From Christensenellales bacterium (GTDB lineage Bacteria; Bacillota; Clostridia; Christensenellales; SZUA-584): DNA of 64,000 nt. Below are positions 22,340-34,290 of this stretch, in pieces. Position 1 is the stretch's first letter; each line of letters opens with the position of its first letter. The position numbers and the translations under genes were made by a program. The DNA lies in the NCBI GenBank assembly GCA_040768905.1, contig JAXGMA010000001.1, forward strand, positions 383,464-447,463, in the 5' to 3' direction. A model generated the notes under the pieces. It was not told the DNA's origin. It did no database searches and was given only the letters and a program-made list of their open reading frames with translations.

Positions 22340-22397
22340 CCCGTACTCCACTCACCCGGATTGAATCTTTTTAGCTCTTTTTCAGCAAGAGCGTTTT

Positions 22398-23264
22398 TCA
22401 GGCTTTTTTCCCTGGCAGCATGAGCAGCATCGATGTACGCTTTTTGTAATCTGCATAGCCTTGCCTGGTCGCCATAAGGCGTTCTTCCATCATAGGTATG
22501 CTGATAAATAAGAACAGCAGCGTCATGAGCACAGGCGCGATGAGCGTCCACCAGCGGTCTGGTGCCACTCCAAGCTGTATGAGATAAATGCCCCACCAGA
22601 ATGATACTTCTCCTAAGTAATTCGGATGCCGTGAAAACTTCCAAAGCCCGGTTTCAATATGGCGCCCGCTTTCGTTGCTGAACCTAAAACGCCGCATCTG
22701 TGCGTCTGAGAATATTTGCAGCAGCACAGCGGCCGCGCACACGGCTGCGCCCAGCGCCGTAACCAGGCTGATCGCGCCAGCCGACAATGCACTGTAATAG
22801 GCGGGCACCATGTTGGCGAACACGATCAGAGTCGGCATAAGCATGATGCCGAAAAAGTTGACAAACTGCCAAATTTTCGGATTTTTTTGCTTAAGCATCG
22901 TATAACGCCAATCCTGATGCGCCATGCCGCGCCAGCCGATGATCCAATTGAGCGTGAGCCTCAAGCCCCAAAAAAGCAGCACGGCAAGAAGCAGAATGTC
23001 ACTCGGGCTTGCATAACCTTTGCCCCAAACAAAGCAAATAAAAAGCACCGGCGGCGCAACGCTCCAATAAGGATCATACAAGCTTGAGTTTTTGAAAATC
23101 AGGCTCAATACATAAATGACCACAGTGGCTGCAGCATCAGCGCCAAGAAAGCGCCAGATGGGCAAGCCAGGTATGAGCGCATAGACGGCGAGCCCCGCAA
23201 AAAATGCAGCCGTATAAGCTGCAAGCACGATCAGTAAAGAAAGCCCCTTCGATAATTTGACCAT
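22398..23264 (-). CDS. DUF1295 / steroid 5-alpha-reductase-like membrane protein
   Basis: NSSLYDPYWS, DWRY, GLWKFSRHPNYLGE; start moved to ATG 23264, which has a GAGG RBS. Confidence 0.85.
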   Translation of the reverse strand: MVKLSKGLSLLIVLAAYTAAFFAGLAVYALIPGLPIWRFLGADAAATVVIYVLSLIFKNSSLYDPYWSVAPPVLFICFVWGKGYASPSDILLLAVLLFWGLRLTLNWIIGWRGMAHQDWRYTMLKQKNPKIWQFVNFFGIMLMPTLIVFANMVPAYYSALSAGAISLVTALGAAVCAAAVLLQIFSDAQMRRFRFSNESGRHIETGLWKFSRHPNYLGEVSFWWGIYLIQLGVAPDRWWTLIAPVLMTLLFLFISIPMMEERLMATRQGYADYKKRTSMLLMLPGKKA

Positions 23265-23776
23265 ATGATACCTCACAAAGAATAATGATGATACGTTTAT
23301 TATACTACACAAAGGGGCCTGCACACATAGTTTTTTGTGGAATAACAGATTCATTCGATACGAAGCCTCGCCCGGCTGGTTTTCGGCTTTGCTTTGTCGC
23401 CAAAACCTTTAACAGCACATCAATTCACGCAGTCTCGTTGCATGAATAACGCAGAGCCATCTCCCCAATTCTGTATACCTCACTTAACCAGCGCTTCTCT
23501 GGGCCGTAGATTTTGATAAGATATGAGGCACGTATTACAATTCTAATAGTTATTCGTGCAAAGGACCAGAAGGAATAAAGTGATGGCTGATAAAGCAAAA
23601 ATTAAGAACTCATTAATAGCATACTGGACAGAGCCGACATGTTGGCAGACGAGAAAGAAATCATTGATCTTCCTTTAAAGGAAAAGGTCTCTAAAAATGC
23701 AAACAAGGTGCACAAAGAACAGCTTACTTTATGGGAACAGAATGTGATTGGCTGCTTCCGTACCGCGTTGTAGCGA

Positions 23777-24421
23777 TCATTTAAAACTGCCCATGAATTT
23801 AAAAAGATCCTCGGGTTTAAAATTTTTCATCGATCCCATCATGCGCATCATATTTTGCATATTGCGGTATTTTTTCTGTTCATCGGGAGGCATAAACAAA
23901 GACATGGCTTCAAACATATACTCGGGTGATGAAACATCCATTTGCCGAAGCTTCTCAAAGCGGCGTATCATACGTCCGAAATTCTCCTGCATCCGTGCGG
24001 ACTGAGAAAGGCCATGCATCATGGCTGCGGTGTCTTTTGAGGCGTAACGTTGCAAAACATCAAGCAGCGCCTGCTGGCGCGACAGGCGTGAAAATGACGA
24101 AAGCCCCGTACCGCTGCGTTTTGGCGGTTCAACGGGCGGCTGGCGCCGGTAATGCTCTGTCAGCCGCAGTGTGCAAAATATGCTCTGTATGGCTTTTCTG
24201 TCATCATCGCTTACAAAGGGTTCGATACTTTTGAGCATATCCAGCACAGACTCGCGGCTTTGGCCGTCTTTTAGCGTCATCGAGAGCAGAAAGCTCAGCT
24301 CGGGAGAGAACGAGGCTTGTTTTGCGAGATCGCCATAATTGTATGTGGGCTCGGGCGGCGCGGTATAACGGTTGCGCGGCTGTGCCGGCGCGGGGCGCGG
24401 CCCGAAGGGAAACCTGAGCAT
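23777..24421 (-). CDS. Hypothetical protein (resembles helical, Met-rich clostridial sporulation-associated proteins)
   Basis: AGGAG RBS; LKSIEPF and Met-rich tail; function inferred only. Confidence 0.55.
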   Translation of the reverse strand: MLRFPFGPRPAPAQPRNRYTAPPEPTYNYGDLAKQASFSPELSFLLSMTLKDGQSRESVLDMLKSIEPFVSDDDRKAIQSIFCTLRLTEHYRRQPPVEPPKRSGTGLSSFSRLSRQQALLDVLQRYASKDTAAMMHGLSQSARMQENFGRMIRRFEKLRQMDVSSPEYMFEAMSLFMPPDEQKKYRNMQNMMRMMGSMKNFKPEDLFKFMGSFK

Positions 24422-24527
24422 ATGTGGAGACTCCTTTTTGTTCGTTGCTATATGATATGCTTATGCTGATATTGCTGTGAACAATGCGGCGCATCGCGAA
24501 TATATATAAACCCTGGGAGGTGGTTTT

Positions 24528-24866
24528 ATGCCAAAAAAGGATTTAAGGCAACTCAAGAAAAAAAAACTTACGGATATAAACAAGGATGAGATCAAAAAAG
24601 CGGCTGAAAAGGCCAATATCAATATTGAAGACATCAAGGATGAAAACATTGAGGGCTTTGAAGAAGTCTTGGAGAGATACGGCGGAAAAAGCGAGACCGA
24701 GCTGATGGGCGACCTTGAAGAAATGATCAGCAAAGGGCGGCAGGAAGGCACATTCTCCGACGAGATGCTTGAAGCATTTACGCAGAATGTGCTGCCTATG
24801 ATGGATGAAGAACAGCGCGAAAAGCTCGAAACCATCACGCGTTTGCTGAAAATGAACAAGATTTAG
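24528..24866 (+). CDS. Hypothetical acidic helical protein
   Basis: GGAGGTG RBS; 112 aa. Confidence 0.7.
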   Translation: MPKKDLRQLKKKKLTDINKDEIKKAAEKANINIEDIKDENIEGFEEVLERYGGKSETELMGDLEEMISKGRQEGTFSDEMLEAFTQNVLPMMDEEQREKLETITRLLKMNKI

Positions 24867-25028
24867 GTTTTATCAGAAAAATTATATATTCGTATGGGAT
24901 ACGGATCAAGTCAGCAGAAAAAAGCACAGCAAAGATTAACTTTGGAGAGTCTCCGTAAATAGAATATATGGTGTGAATTCATTATGCCGTATGGTATAAT
25001 GCAAAAAGATTACGGAGAGGATGAGTAT

Positions 25029-26087
25029 ATGGGCAAAACTGTTGTGCTGACAGGAGGCGGGACGGCTGGTCACGTGACGCCAAACCTTGCAATCATTCCA
25101 AAGCTTGAAAAAATGGGATTTCATATCGAATATATAGGGACGAAGACAGGTATCGAAAGAGAAATCATCACGCGGGCAGGTGTGCCGTACCATATCATCA
25201 GTGCAGGCAAGCTGCGGCGTTATTTCAGCCTGAAAAATTTTATTGACCCTGTCAAAATCGTAGCCGGCTGCTTAAAAGCAAAAAGCATACTCAAAAAGCT
25301 GCGCCCGTCGGCGGTTTTTTCTAAAGGCGGTTTTGTAGGGGTGCCGGTCGTTTTTGCGGCGCATTGCCTGAAAATTCCTGTAGTGCTGCATGAGTCTGAC
25401 ATCACACCGGGCCTTGCCAACAGGCTTTGCATACCGCGCGCAAAAACCGTCTGCGTGTCATTTGAGCCTACGCTGAAATTGATTCCGGACGGAAAAGGCG
25501 TGCACACAGGCTTGCCGATACGCGGCAACCTGCTTGAGGGCGACAGGCAAAAAGGGATGGCGCAGAGCGGTTTTTCAGGCAATAAACCTGTGCTCCTTAT
25601 CATGGGAGGCAGCCTCGGCGCACAGGCGTTAAACGAAGTGCTCGATGCGGTTATGCCTGAGCTGACACGCAAATACGATGTGATACATATCCGCGGCCAG
25701 AATAATATGGCGTGCTGTTGTGCACCGACGGGCTGCAAGCCTTTCGGTTATGTGGATGAAGAGCTTGCCGATTTATATGCCGCAGCAGATATCATGCTTT
25801 CCCGTGCGGGCGCAACAGCTGTTTTTGAGATACTGGCGCTTGCGCTTCCGGCCTTGCTCGTACCGCTTCCCAGCACATCAAGCCGCGGAGACCAGCTGCA
25901 AAATGCGCGTTATTTTAAGGATAATGGTTTTGCCCATGTGCTGCATCAGGAAGACATGACAGAAAAGTCATTGCTTGACGCCATAGATACGCTCTATGCC
26001 GATAAGGACACGCTTAAGGACAGAATGAGAAAAGAAAACCGCGCCGACGCTGCCGCCCTGGTGGCAAAGGTGATCGCAGATGCATAA
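25029..26087 (+). CDS. murG: UDP-GlcNAc:lipid I N-acetylglucosaminyltransferase
   Basis: TGGGTAGHVTP, KGGFV, HESD, GGSLGA, SRAGA. Confidence 0.95.
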   Translation: MGKTVVLTGGGTAGHVTPNLAIIPKLEKMGFHIEYIGTKTGIEREIITRAGVPYHIISAGKLRRYFSLKNFIDPVKIVAGCLKAKSILKKLRPSAVFSKGGFVGVPVVFAAHCLKIPVVLHESDITPGLANRLCIPRAKTVCVSFEPTLKLIPDGKGVHTGLPIRGNLLEGDRQKGMAQSGFSGNKPVLLIMGGSLGAQALNEVLDAVMPELTRKYDVIHIRGQNNMACCCAPTGCKPFGYVDEELADLYAAADIMLSRAGATAVFEILALALPALLVPLPSTSSRGDQLQNARYFKDNGFAHVLHQEDMTEKSLLDAIDTLYADKDTLKDRMRKENRADAAALVAKVIADA

Positions 26088-27540
26088 GCAAGGAAAGCTT
26101 GATGTGCTCGTGCTCAAGTATATGGCGCAGTCGGGAGCGGAAGCGAAACAGACGCTTGAAGAGATCCTCGCGCAGCCGGACGCCATTTTGAACATATACG
26201 GCATGATACAGAGTGAAAACCGCCGCGCAGCGCTCAAAACGCTCGCAGACATCGCGAAAAAGAAGCAGGGCAAGGAGATTCTTATGCCGCTTGTGATCCG
26301 CGATGCGGATATGCTGATTGCGATCCCGGATGATAAAGCGCGCAAATCGGCATATAAACTGATCGGGCTTTGTGCGCCTGATACTTGTGCGGACAAGCTT
26401 TCCGCCGCGCTGGAAAATGAGAAAACGCGCTATGTGCGCCCGTCCATTATACTGGCACTTGGCAATTCGGCAGATCCTGCGCGTTATCTTGGCAGCTATA
26501 TGATCGAACCGGGAGAGCAAAAACACTTAGAGCAGGAGAAGCAGGCGCTGAAAAAAGCGCTTGACAAAACAATGACCCAAAAGAGCGGCCTTTCGCCGAA
26601 ATGGCCCGAGTTTTGCCTGCTGACATACACAAAGCGCGAGGCGCTGGCCTTAGAGCTTGCGGCCAGCCGCTGTGCCTACGAGTTTAAAGAAGGTTTGTTT
26701 GAGGTGCGTGCGGAAAAAGCCCGAAATCTGCGCTGTTATTTAGATATGCTTTTCGAAATCGGCGCAGAAGATGATTATGCCGCTGCGGCAAAGATGCTCG
26801 ATGACATGGGTTGCCGGGGGTACAGCTACCGCATCGAGACAGGCAGCTTAGCCCCGCCAAAACGTTTGAGCGCTATACGCGCATTATCTGCCGGATTAGA
26901 AAAACATGGTTACACGGACAACCCCTCCGCATACGCTTTCGAGCTGCGTTTTTGGAAAGGGCGCCTTTGCGCTGTTTTTGAAGACAGCCGCTTTGCGTAC
27001 CGCAAAGAATCAATAGCCGCCAGCATCAATCCGGTGACTGCGGCTTCAATCATGCGAATGAGCGCACCATACATGCGCGAAGGGGCAGACGTTCTTGATC
27101 CTTTTTGCGGCAGCGGGACAATGCTTATTGAGCGGGCATTCCTTATGCATGCCAGCACGCTGACAGGCGTTGATATCTCCGCGCGCGCCATAAAGGCGGC
27201 ATGTACCAACCGCAGGGCAAGCGGTATGCGCATCTCTCTTTTGCAAAAGGACATTTTAAGCTTTGACGCAGCGCAGTATGATGAGGTGATCGCCAATATG
27301 CCTTTCGGCATACGCGTTTTGGCACATTCGGATAATTTAAAGCTTTATTCCGCTTTTTTAAAAAGACTTCCGGGGCTGCTTAAAAAGGGAGGGTATGCGT
27401 TTTTGCTCACACAGGAAAAAAAGCTTATGCGCAGCGTTATTGATAGCACACCCTCGCTTAAAATCATAGCCGAAGAAGATTTTGAATCCGGCGGGCTTTG
27501 CCCAAGGCTTTATATCATAAAAAAGGAGCAAACAGTATGA
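26080..27540 (+). CDS. HEAT-like N-terminus plus UPF0020/TRM11-type SAM methyltransferase
   Basis: DPFCGSGT and ANMPFG motifs. Confidence 0.8.
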   Translation: MHKQGKLDVLVLKYMAQSGAEAKQTLEEILAQPDAILNIYGMIQSENRRAALKTLADIAKKKQGKEILMPLVIRDADMLIAIPDDKARKSAYKLIGLCAPDTCADKLSAALENEKTRYVRPSIILALGNSADPARYLGSYMIEPGEQKHLEQEKQALKKALDKTMTQKSGLSPKWPEFCLLTYTKREALALELAASRCAYEFKEGLFEVRAEKARNLRCYLDMLFEIGAEDDYAAAAKMLDDMGCRGYSYRIETGSLAPPKRLSAIRALSAGLEKHGYTDNPSAYAFELRFWKGRLCAVFEDSRFAYRKESIAASINPVTAASIMRMSAPYMREGADVLDPFCGSGTMLIERAFLMHASTLTGVDISARAIKAACTNRRASGMRISLLQKDILSFDAAQYDEVIANMPFGIRVLAHSDNLKLYSAFLKRLPGLLKKGGYAFLLTQEKKLMRSVIDSTPSLKIIAEEDFESGGLCPRLYIIKKEQTV

Positions 27541-28490
27541 GCGATTTAATAAGCTTCGGAGAGCTTCTTATCGATTTCACGCCTGCGGGGGAGAAGGACG
27601 GGCGCAAGCTTTTTATGCAGAATGCGGGTGGTGCTGTGGCCAATGTCGCCGTGGGTGTGGCGAGGCTCGGCATATCATCGGCGTATACGGGTATGGTGGG
27701 CAACGATGCTTTCGGGCATTACCTCAAAGATGTGCTGATACGATACGGCGTGGATGTATCAAGGCTTATCATGACGGATGACTACAACACCACGCTGGCC
27801 ATTGTTCACCTTTTTGACAACGGTGACAGGGATTTTACTTTTTACCGCAAGCCTGGGGCAGACATCATGTTCACAGCCGACATGCTGGATGAGCAACAAA
27901 TAAAGCAGGCGCGCGTGTTTCACTTTGGGTCACTGTCCATGACTGACGAGCCTGCGCGGAGCGCGACGCTGCGTGCTTTGGAAATTGCAAAAAGCGCAGG
28001 CGCCACCATATCATACGATCCCAACTACCGCGCGCCGTTATGGCGCAGTAAGCAAGAAGCAAAAGAAAACATGCTGCGAGGGCTTGATTATGCAGATATC
28101 TTAAAGATTTCCGACAACGAAGCAGAGTTCATGTTTGGGTCTATGCCGCCAATGGATGCCGCCAAAATGCTCGTCTCAAGAGGCTTAAAGCTGGTGTTTG
28201 TCACGATGGGCGCAGAGGGTGCCGTTTACGCAAATACAAAGGGTGCCGGCCACTCAAAAACGTTTGATGCAATAAGGGTTGACGCTACGGGCGCGGGCGA
28301 CTGTTTTACAGCAGGTGTGCTCTATGGATACTTAAAGAAAGGCAAATCGCTTGAATCGCTGACGCTTGATGATATCAGCGGTTTCGCGCGTTTTGCGAAT
28401 GCAGCGGCTTCTGTATGCGTTGAGTCCAAAGGCGGCATTCCTTCAATGCCAACTCTGGAGCAGGTCCAAAGCAAGCTGGCGGGCAGATAA
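27537..28490 (+). CDS. PfkB-family carbohydrate kinase (fructokinase-like)
   Basis: GGAVANVA, DPNYR, DATGAGDCF. Confidence 0.92.
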   Translation: MSDLISFGELLIDFTPAGEKDGRKLFMQNAGGAVANVAVGVARLGISSAYTGMVGNDAFGHYLKDVLIRYGVDVSRLIMTDDYNTTLAIVHLFDNGDRDFTFYRKPGADIMFTADMLDEQQIKQARVFHFGSLSMTDEPARSATLRALEIAKSAGATISYDPNYRAPLWRSKQEAKENMLRGLDYADILKISDNEAEFMFGSMPPMDAAKMLVSRGLKLVFVTMGAEGAVYANTKGAGHSKTFDAIRVDATGAGDCFTAGVLYGYLKKGKSLESLTLDDISGFARFANAAASVCVESKGGIPSMPTLEQVQSKLAGR

Positions 28491-28569
28491 TGCGTATATC
28501 CGTACATTGACAATAAAGGCCTAAAGCTATAATATTTATAAAAAACAAATTTTGCTGAAAGGCGGTTAG

Positions 28570-30030
<1,461 letters not shown>

Positions 30031-30036
30031 AATCAC

Positions 30037-31569
30037 GTGAGAGAAAAAATTATCGTACTGGATTTCGGGGGGCAGTACAACCAGCTGATCGCGCGCCGTG
30101 TGCGGGATTTGCACGTCTATGCGGAAATACTCCCATATGATACGCCTCTGGAACGTATTATCGAGATGGCCCCCATCGGGATCATCTTTACGGGGGGGCC
30201 GAGTAGTGTGACGGATGCGGATGCACCTTGCTGTGACGCCCGTCTTTTTGAAGCCGGCATACCGATCCTCGGCATCTGTTATGGCAGCCAGCTTCTGGGG
30301 AGTGCGCTTGGGGGCAGCGTCAAACGTGCGCAAAACCGGGAATACGGAAAGACAAACATCAGCTATGATGTCACATGCCCGTTGTTTGCGGGTATTGAGC
30401 AGCAGTCTGTTTGCTGGATGAGCCATACCTATTATGTGGATGCACCGCCGCCGGGCTTTGTTGTTTCGGCCTCCACAAATAGCTGTGAGGTTGCGGCTTT
30501 TTCGGACGAAAAAAGAAAACTGTACGGCGTACAATTCCATCCGGAAGTTGTGCACACGCGTTTTGGCAATGAGATACTCAAAAACTTTCTTTACCTCATT
30601 TGCGGCGCGAAGGGCGGCTGGACGATGCAGAACTATGTGGAAGCCGCCGTTGAGGATATAAGGCACCGTGTGGGCAGCGGACGTGTGTTGCTCGGGCTTT
30701 CGGGCGGGGTGGATTCTTCGGTGGCAGCCGTACTGCTTGATAAGGCGGTGGGCAATCGCCTCACATGCATCTTTGTTGACCACGGGCTGCTGCGCAAGGA
30801 CGAAGCTAAGCAGGTCAAAGAGGTTTTTGATGATGCCTATGACATGAATCTGATATGTGTGGATGCGTCAGGGCGCTTTCTAGATAAGCTTGCGGGCGTG
30901 ACAGAACCCGAGAAAAAGCGCAAGATCATCGGCGAGGAGTTTATTCGCGTCTTTGAAGAAGAAGCCGCCAAGATAGGCGCTGTCGATTTTCTCGCGCAGG
31001 GCACCATCTATCCGGATGTCATCGAGTCGGGCAATGGCAATGCTGCGGTCATTAAAAGCCACCACAACGTAGGAGGCCTGCCCGATCATGTGGATTTCCG
31101 CGAGATCATTGAGCCGCTGCGTGAGCTGTTTAAGGACGAAGTTCGCGTGCTTGGCGAGACGCTCGGCATGCCGCACCATATCGTCTGGCGCCAGCCTTTT
31201 CCCGGGCCCGGCCTTGCCATTCGCATCATCGGAGAAGTGACGCGCGAGAAGGTCTGCACTTTGCAGATAGCAGACCATATTTTCCGGGAGGAAATCGCTT
31301 TTGCGGGGTTGGATGCGGCTATCTGGCAGTATTTCGCGGTTTTGACCGATATGCGCAGCGTAGGCGTCATGGGCGACGAGCGCACTTATGAGCATACGGT
31401 CGCGCTCCGCGCTGTCACGAGCGTTGACGGCATGACCGCCGACTGGGCACAGATTCCGCATGAGGTGCTCGGCAAAGTCTCCTCTCGTATCATCAACGAG
31501 GTGGCTGGCATCAACCGTATCGTCTACGACATCACATCAAAACCGCCTGCCACGATCGAGTGGGAATGA
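30037..31569 (+). CDS. guaA: GMP synthase (glutamine-hydrolysing)
   Basis: LDFGGQY, GICYG, QFHPE, SGGVDS, ends KPPATIEWE. Confidence 0.98.
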   Translation: MREKIIVLDFGGQYNQLIARRVRDLHVYAEILPYDTPLERIIEMAPIGIIFTGGPSSVTDADAPCCDARLFEAGIPILGICYGSQLLGSALGGSVKRAQNREYGKTNISYDVTCPLFAGIEQQSVCWMSHTYYVDAPPPGFVVSASTNSCEVAAFSDEKRKLYGVQFHPEVVHTRFGNEILKNFLYLICGAKGGWTMQNYVEAAVEDIRHRVGSGRVLLGLSGGVDSSVAAVLLDKAVGNRLTCIFVDHGLLRKDEAKQVKEVFDDAYDMNLICVDASGRFLDKLAGVTEPEKKRKIIGEEFIRVFEEEAAKIGAVDFLAQGTIYPDVIESGNGNAAVIKSHHNVGGLPDHVDFREIIEPLRELFKDEVRVLGETLGMPHHIVWRQPFPGPGLAIRIIGEVTREKVCTLQIADHIFREEIAFAGLDAAIWQYFAVLTDMRSVGVMGDERTYEHTVALRAVTSVDGMTADWAQIPHEVLGKVSSRIINEVAGINRIVYDITSKPPATIEWE

Positions 31570-31647
31570 TTTGAACGGCTGAGAAAAGCCAGTAACCATG
31601 CGGCTTTCCGGCTCCTCAAGTAGTCTCGTGGCAACGTTATGGCAACA
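31557..31647 (+). repeat. attL: core, imperfect palindrome and arm-type repeats
   Basis: Core at 31557; GAAAAGCC..GGCTTTCC palindrome 31583-31609; TGGCAAC x2 with 11-bp period at 31629-31646. Confidence 0.8.
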
Positions 31648-31666
31648 TTGATTGTATTATCCATAT

Positions 31667-31709
31667 AAAAAGAGCTAACTGATTTTGAGTGTCAGTTAGC
31701 TCTTTTTTT
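31667..31709. terminator. Bidirectional intrinsic terminator
   Basis: AAAAAGAGCTAACTGA..TCAGTTAGCTCTTTTT. Confidence 0.85.
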
Positions 31710-31723
31710 GTTTGTGCTGCTAG

Positions 31724-32233
31724 TCATTCGGTGGGTTCAGCGTTTTTCTCTGCTCGACGGGCATCAAGCTCAGCTTTGAGCCGTTCAGCCTCGATGCGTG
31801 GGTAGTTATAACGCCAATCATCATATTCCTGTTTGGTGATTTTACCGTGGTTCAACTTCTTGGCTTCATGCGACCAAGCGTTGAACATATCAAACATAGA
31901 AAGATAGGTGCTCCCATTGGTTTTATCAAGCGTCAGGCAAAGCTCTCCGTCAATGCTGTTGATTTTGAGGCCGTACAAGTCCTCAAGTGCGAACAGCGTA
32001 TGCATGAGGCCGATATGGCTGTCGATTTCAGGGACGTCAAGCGCTTTTGGGCTAACATCCATGGCATTGGCCAGATCAGACACAAGCTTTTCCTTCGGCG
32101 TTCTTGTACCGGATTCATATTGCGCCATGCGGACATCAGCGGTCTTTTCATCAAAACCAATGGCCATACCCAGGTATTTCTGGGTCATTCCACGTAAGTT
32201 GCGAATAAAGCGTATTCTCTCGCCTATCGCCAT
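31724..32233 (-). CDS. XRE-family HTH repressor of the element
   Basis: IGERIRFIRNLRGMTQ..RMAQYESG.RTP; AGGAG RBS before ATG 32233; divergent from xis-int. Confidence 0.9.
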   Translation of the reverse strand: MAIGERIRFIRNLRGMTQKYLGMAIGFDEKTADVRMAQYESGTRTPKEKLVSDLANAMDVSPKALDVPEIDSHIGLMHTLFALEDLYGLKINSIDGELCLTLDKTNGSTYLSMFDMFNAWSHEAKKLNHGKITKQEYDDWRYNYPRIEAERLKAELDARRAEKNAEPTE

Positions 32234-32266
32234 AATTACCAACTCCTGTTTTTTGATGAGACGAGT

Positions 32267-32392
32267 GTAACATATATGTTTAAGCGAAGTCAATAAATAT
32301 TAAACAAAAAAGTTTATTATTCTCCTGAAAACCGCTTGACTTTAACATAATTGCTTAGTATAATAGCGGCAAAACCTAAACAAATAGGTTTA
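32267..32392 (+). promoter_or_regulatory. xis-int promoter with four palindromic operators
   Basis: TTGACT (32336), 17 bp, TATAAT (32359); TAAAC-N6-GTTTA-like sites at 32267, 32301, 32342, 32377. Confidence 0.75.
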
Positions 32393-32681
32393 GTACCTTG
32401 AAAACTGAATTCGCAGCCGGTCAGATACCGGAAACGCCTACCTTGCTTAGATTGCCTCCCCGGAGGGGCAGTGCGAGGGGGGAATTTCCGAGAAAACGCG
32501 CCTTGGTCAAACAAGGCCGGGCGCAGGAACAGGACCGGGATGAAAGCGAAAAAAACTGTTGAGTCCGGAAAGCACTCCGGGACGGGCTTGACAACATTTA
32601 ATCAATAAGAGGGAGATTTCTAAAAAATTAGCTATTGATAACTACGAAATACCGCTGCAAAAACGGAAGGAGGAACGAACG

Positions 32682-32882
32682 GTGAGCAATATGTTAATGA
32701 GCGTTGATGATGTTGCGAAAGAAATTGGTGTGTCCAAATCCTATGCATACAAGTTGATTCGGAAACTCAATGGAGAGCTGAAAAGTATGGGATATTTTAC
32801 GGTGTCAGGTAAAGTAAGTAGAAAGTACTTCTTAGAGAAAGTATGTTATGGCGAACATGATAAAACGGAAAGGATGGGATAG
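32682..32882 (+). CDS. Excisionase-like HTH protein
   Basis: 66 aa, VDDVAKEIGVSKSYAYKLIR; directly upstream of int; strong RBS. Confidence 0.8.
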   Translation: MSNMLMSVDDVAKEIGVSKSYAYKLIRKLNGELKSMGYFTVSGKVSRKYFLEKVCYGEHDKTERMG

Positions 32883-32884
32883 GG

Positions 32885-33961
32885 ATGGCGGCATATAAAG
32901 AAGCCGATACAAATACATGGCGCGTCATCTATCGGTATACCGACTGGATGGGGGAGCGCAAGCAAACAAGTAAACGAGGGTTCCCAACCAAACGGGATGC
33001 GCTCGCTTGGGAACGGGAGCAGCTTCAAAAAACCAAGGCCGATCTGGATATGACCTTTGAGAGCTTTATTCAGACTTATACGGCTGATATGCAAAGTCGC
33101 ATCAAAGAAAACACATGGGGGACAAAGGAGCACATAATCCGTACCAAATTGCTGCCCTATTTTGGGAAGCGCAAGATGTGCGAAATACAGCCCAAGGAAA
33201 TTATCTCATGGCAGAATGAGATGATAAATTACAAGGATGCCACTGGCAAAGTTTATTCACCAGTGTATCTGAAAACGCTTCATAACCAGCTTAGCGCCAT
33301 CTTTAATCATGCGGTGAAGTATTACGGCCTCTCACTCAATCCTGCGGCAAAGGTAGGGAACATGGGAAAGGCAAAAAGCAGGGAGATGCTTTTCTGGACA
33401 AAAGACGAATATCAAAAATTTGTGGATGCCATGATGGAAAAGCCTATCTCTTTCTACGCTTTTGAAATGCTCTACTGGTGCGGCATTCGTGAAGGTGAGC
33501 TGTTAGCATTGACACCCGCTGATTTCGATTTTATAAGAGGCACAGTTTCCATCACAAAGTCATATCAGCGGCTCAAAGGCAGAGATGTCATTACTGAACC
33601 AAAGACTCTAAAGAGCAATCGAGTTATCAAAATGCCACAGTTTCTCTGTGCAGAAATGCAGGACTTTATAAGATCGTTATACGGAATAGAGCAAGACGAT
33701 CGGATATTCACCATCACAAAACACTACCTGCATCACGAGATGGACAGGGGAGCAAAACAGACGGGAGTAAAGCGTATTCGTATTCATGATTTGCGGCATT
33801 CTCACATCTCACTGTTGATTGACATGGGATTTTCAGCTATCGCCATTGCGGATCGCGTCGGACACGAGAGTATTGAAATCACATACAATTATGCTCACTT
33901 GTTTCCGTCGAGGCAAACTGAAATGGCGGACAGGCTGGACACTGAACAAGGAGGATTTTGA
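32885..33961 (+). CDS. Tyrosine integrase
   Basis: Arm-binding N-terminus (KRGFPTKRDA), GIREGE, PKT, HDLRHSH, RVGH, Y nucleophile. Confidence 0.95.
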   Translation: MAAYKEADTNTWRVIYRYTDWMGERKQTSKRGFPTKRDALAWEREQLQKTKADLDMTFESFIQTYTADMQSRIKENTWGTKEHIIRTKLLPYFGKRKMCEIQPKEIISWQNEMINYKDATGKVYSPVYLKTLHNQLSAIFNHAVKYYGLSLNPAAKVGNMGKAKSREMLFWTKDEYQKFVDAMMEKPISFYAFEMLYWCGIREGELLALTPADFDFIRGTVSITKSYQRLKGRDVITEPKTLKSNRVIKMPQFLCAEMQDFIRSLYGIEQDDRIFTITKHYLHHEMDRGAKQTGVKRIRIHDLRHSHISLLIDMGFSAIAIADRVGHESIEITYNYAHLFPSRQTEMADRLDTEQGGF

Positions 33962-33963
33962 AT

Positions 33964-34290
33964 ATGTCGCTAAAGGTATATGACGGCAAAGGTCGTTGGA
34001 GAAACAAAACCGTGGCGTTCCGAATATCGCCTGAGGAGGATGAGCAGCTTGAAACCGCTGTTCGGCTCTCCGGCCTGACCAAGCAGGACTATATCATCCG
34101 ACGGATACAAAGTCGTGACGTGGTGGTGCAAGGTAATCCCCGAGTGTACAAAGCACTGCGCAATGAACTAGCCGCCGTGCTTACGGAGTTGCAGAGTATT
34201 GCCGCGGATCAGCTGGTTGACGATGAACTGCTGGCCACAATCGAGCTGATTGCCATAACCATAAATGGCATGAAGGGAGAGTGTGAATGA
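33964..34290 (+). CDS. Ribbon-helix-helix MobC-like protein
   Basis: KTVAFRISPEE..SGLTKQDYI. Confidence 0.7.
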   Translation: MSLKVYDGKGRWRNKTVAFRISPEEDEQLETAVRLSGLTKQDYIIRRIQSRDVVVQGNPRVYKALRNELAAVLTELQSIAADQLVDDELLATIELIAITINGMKGECE

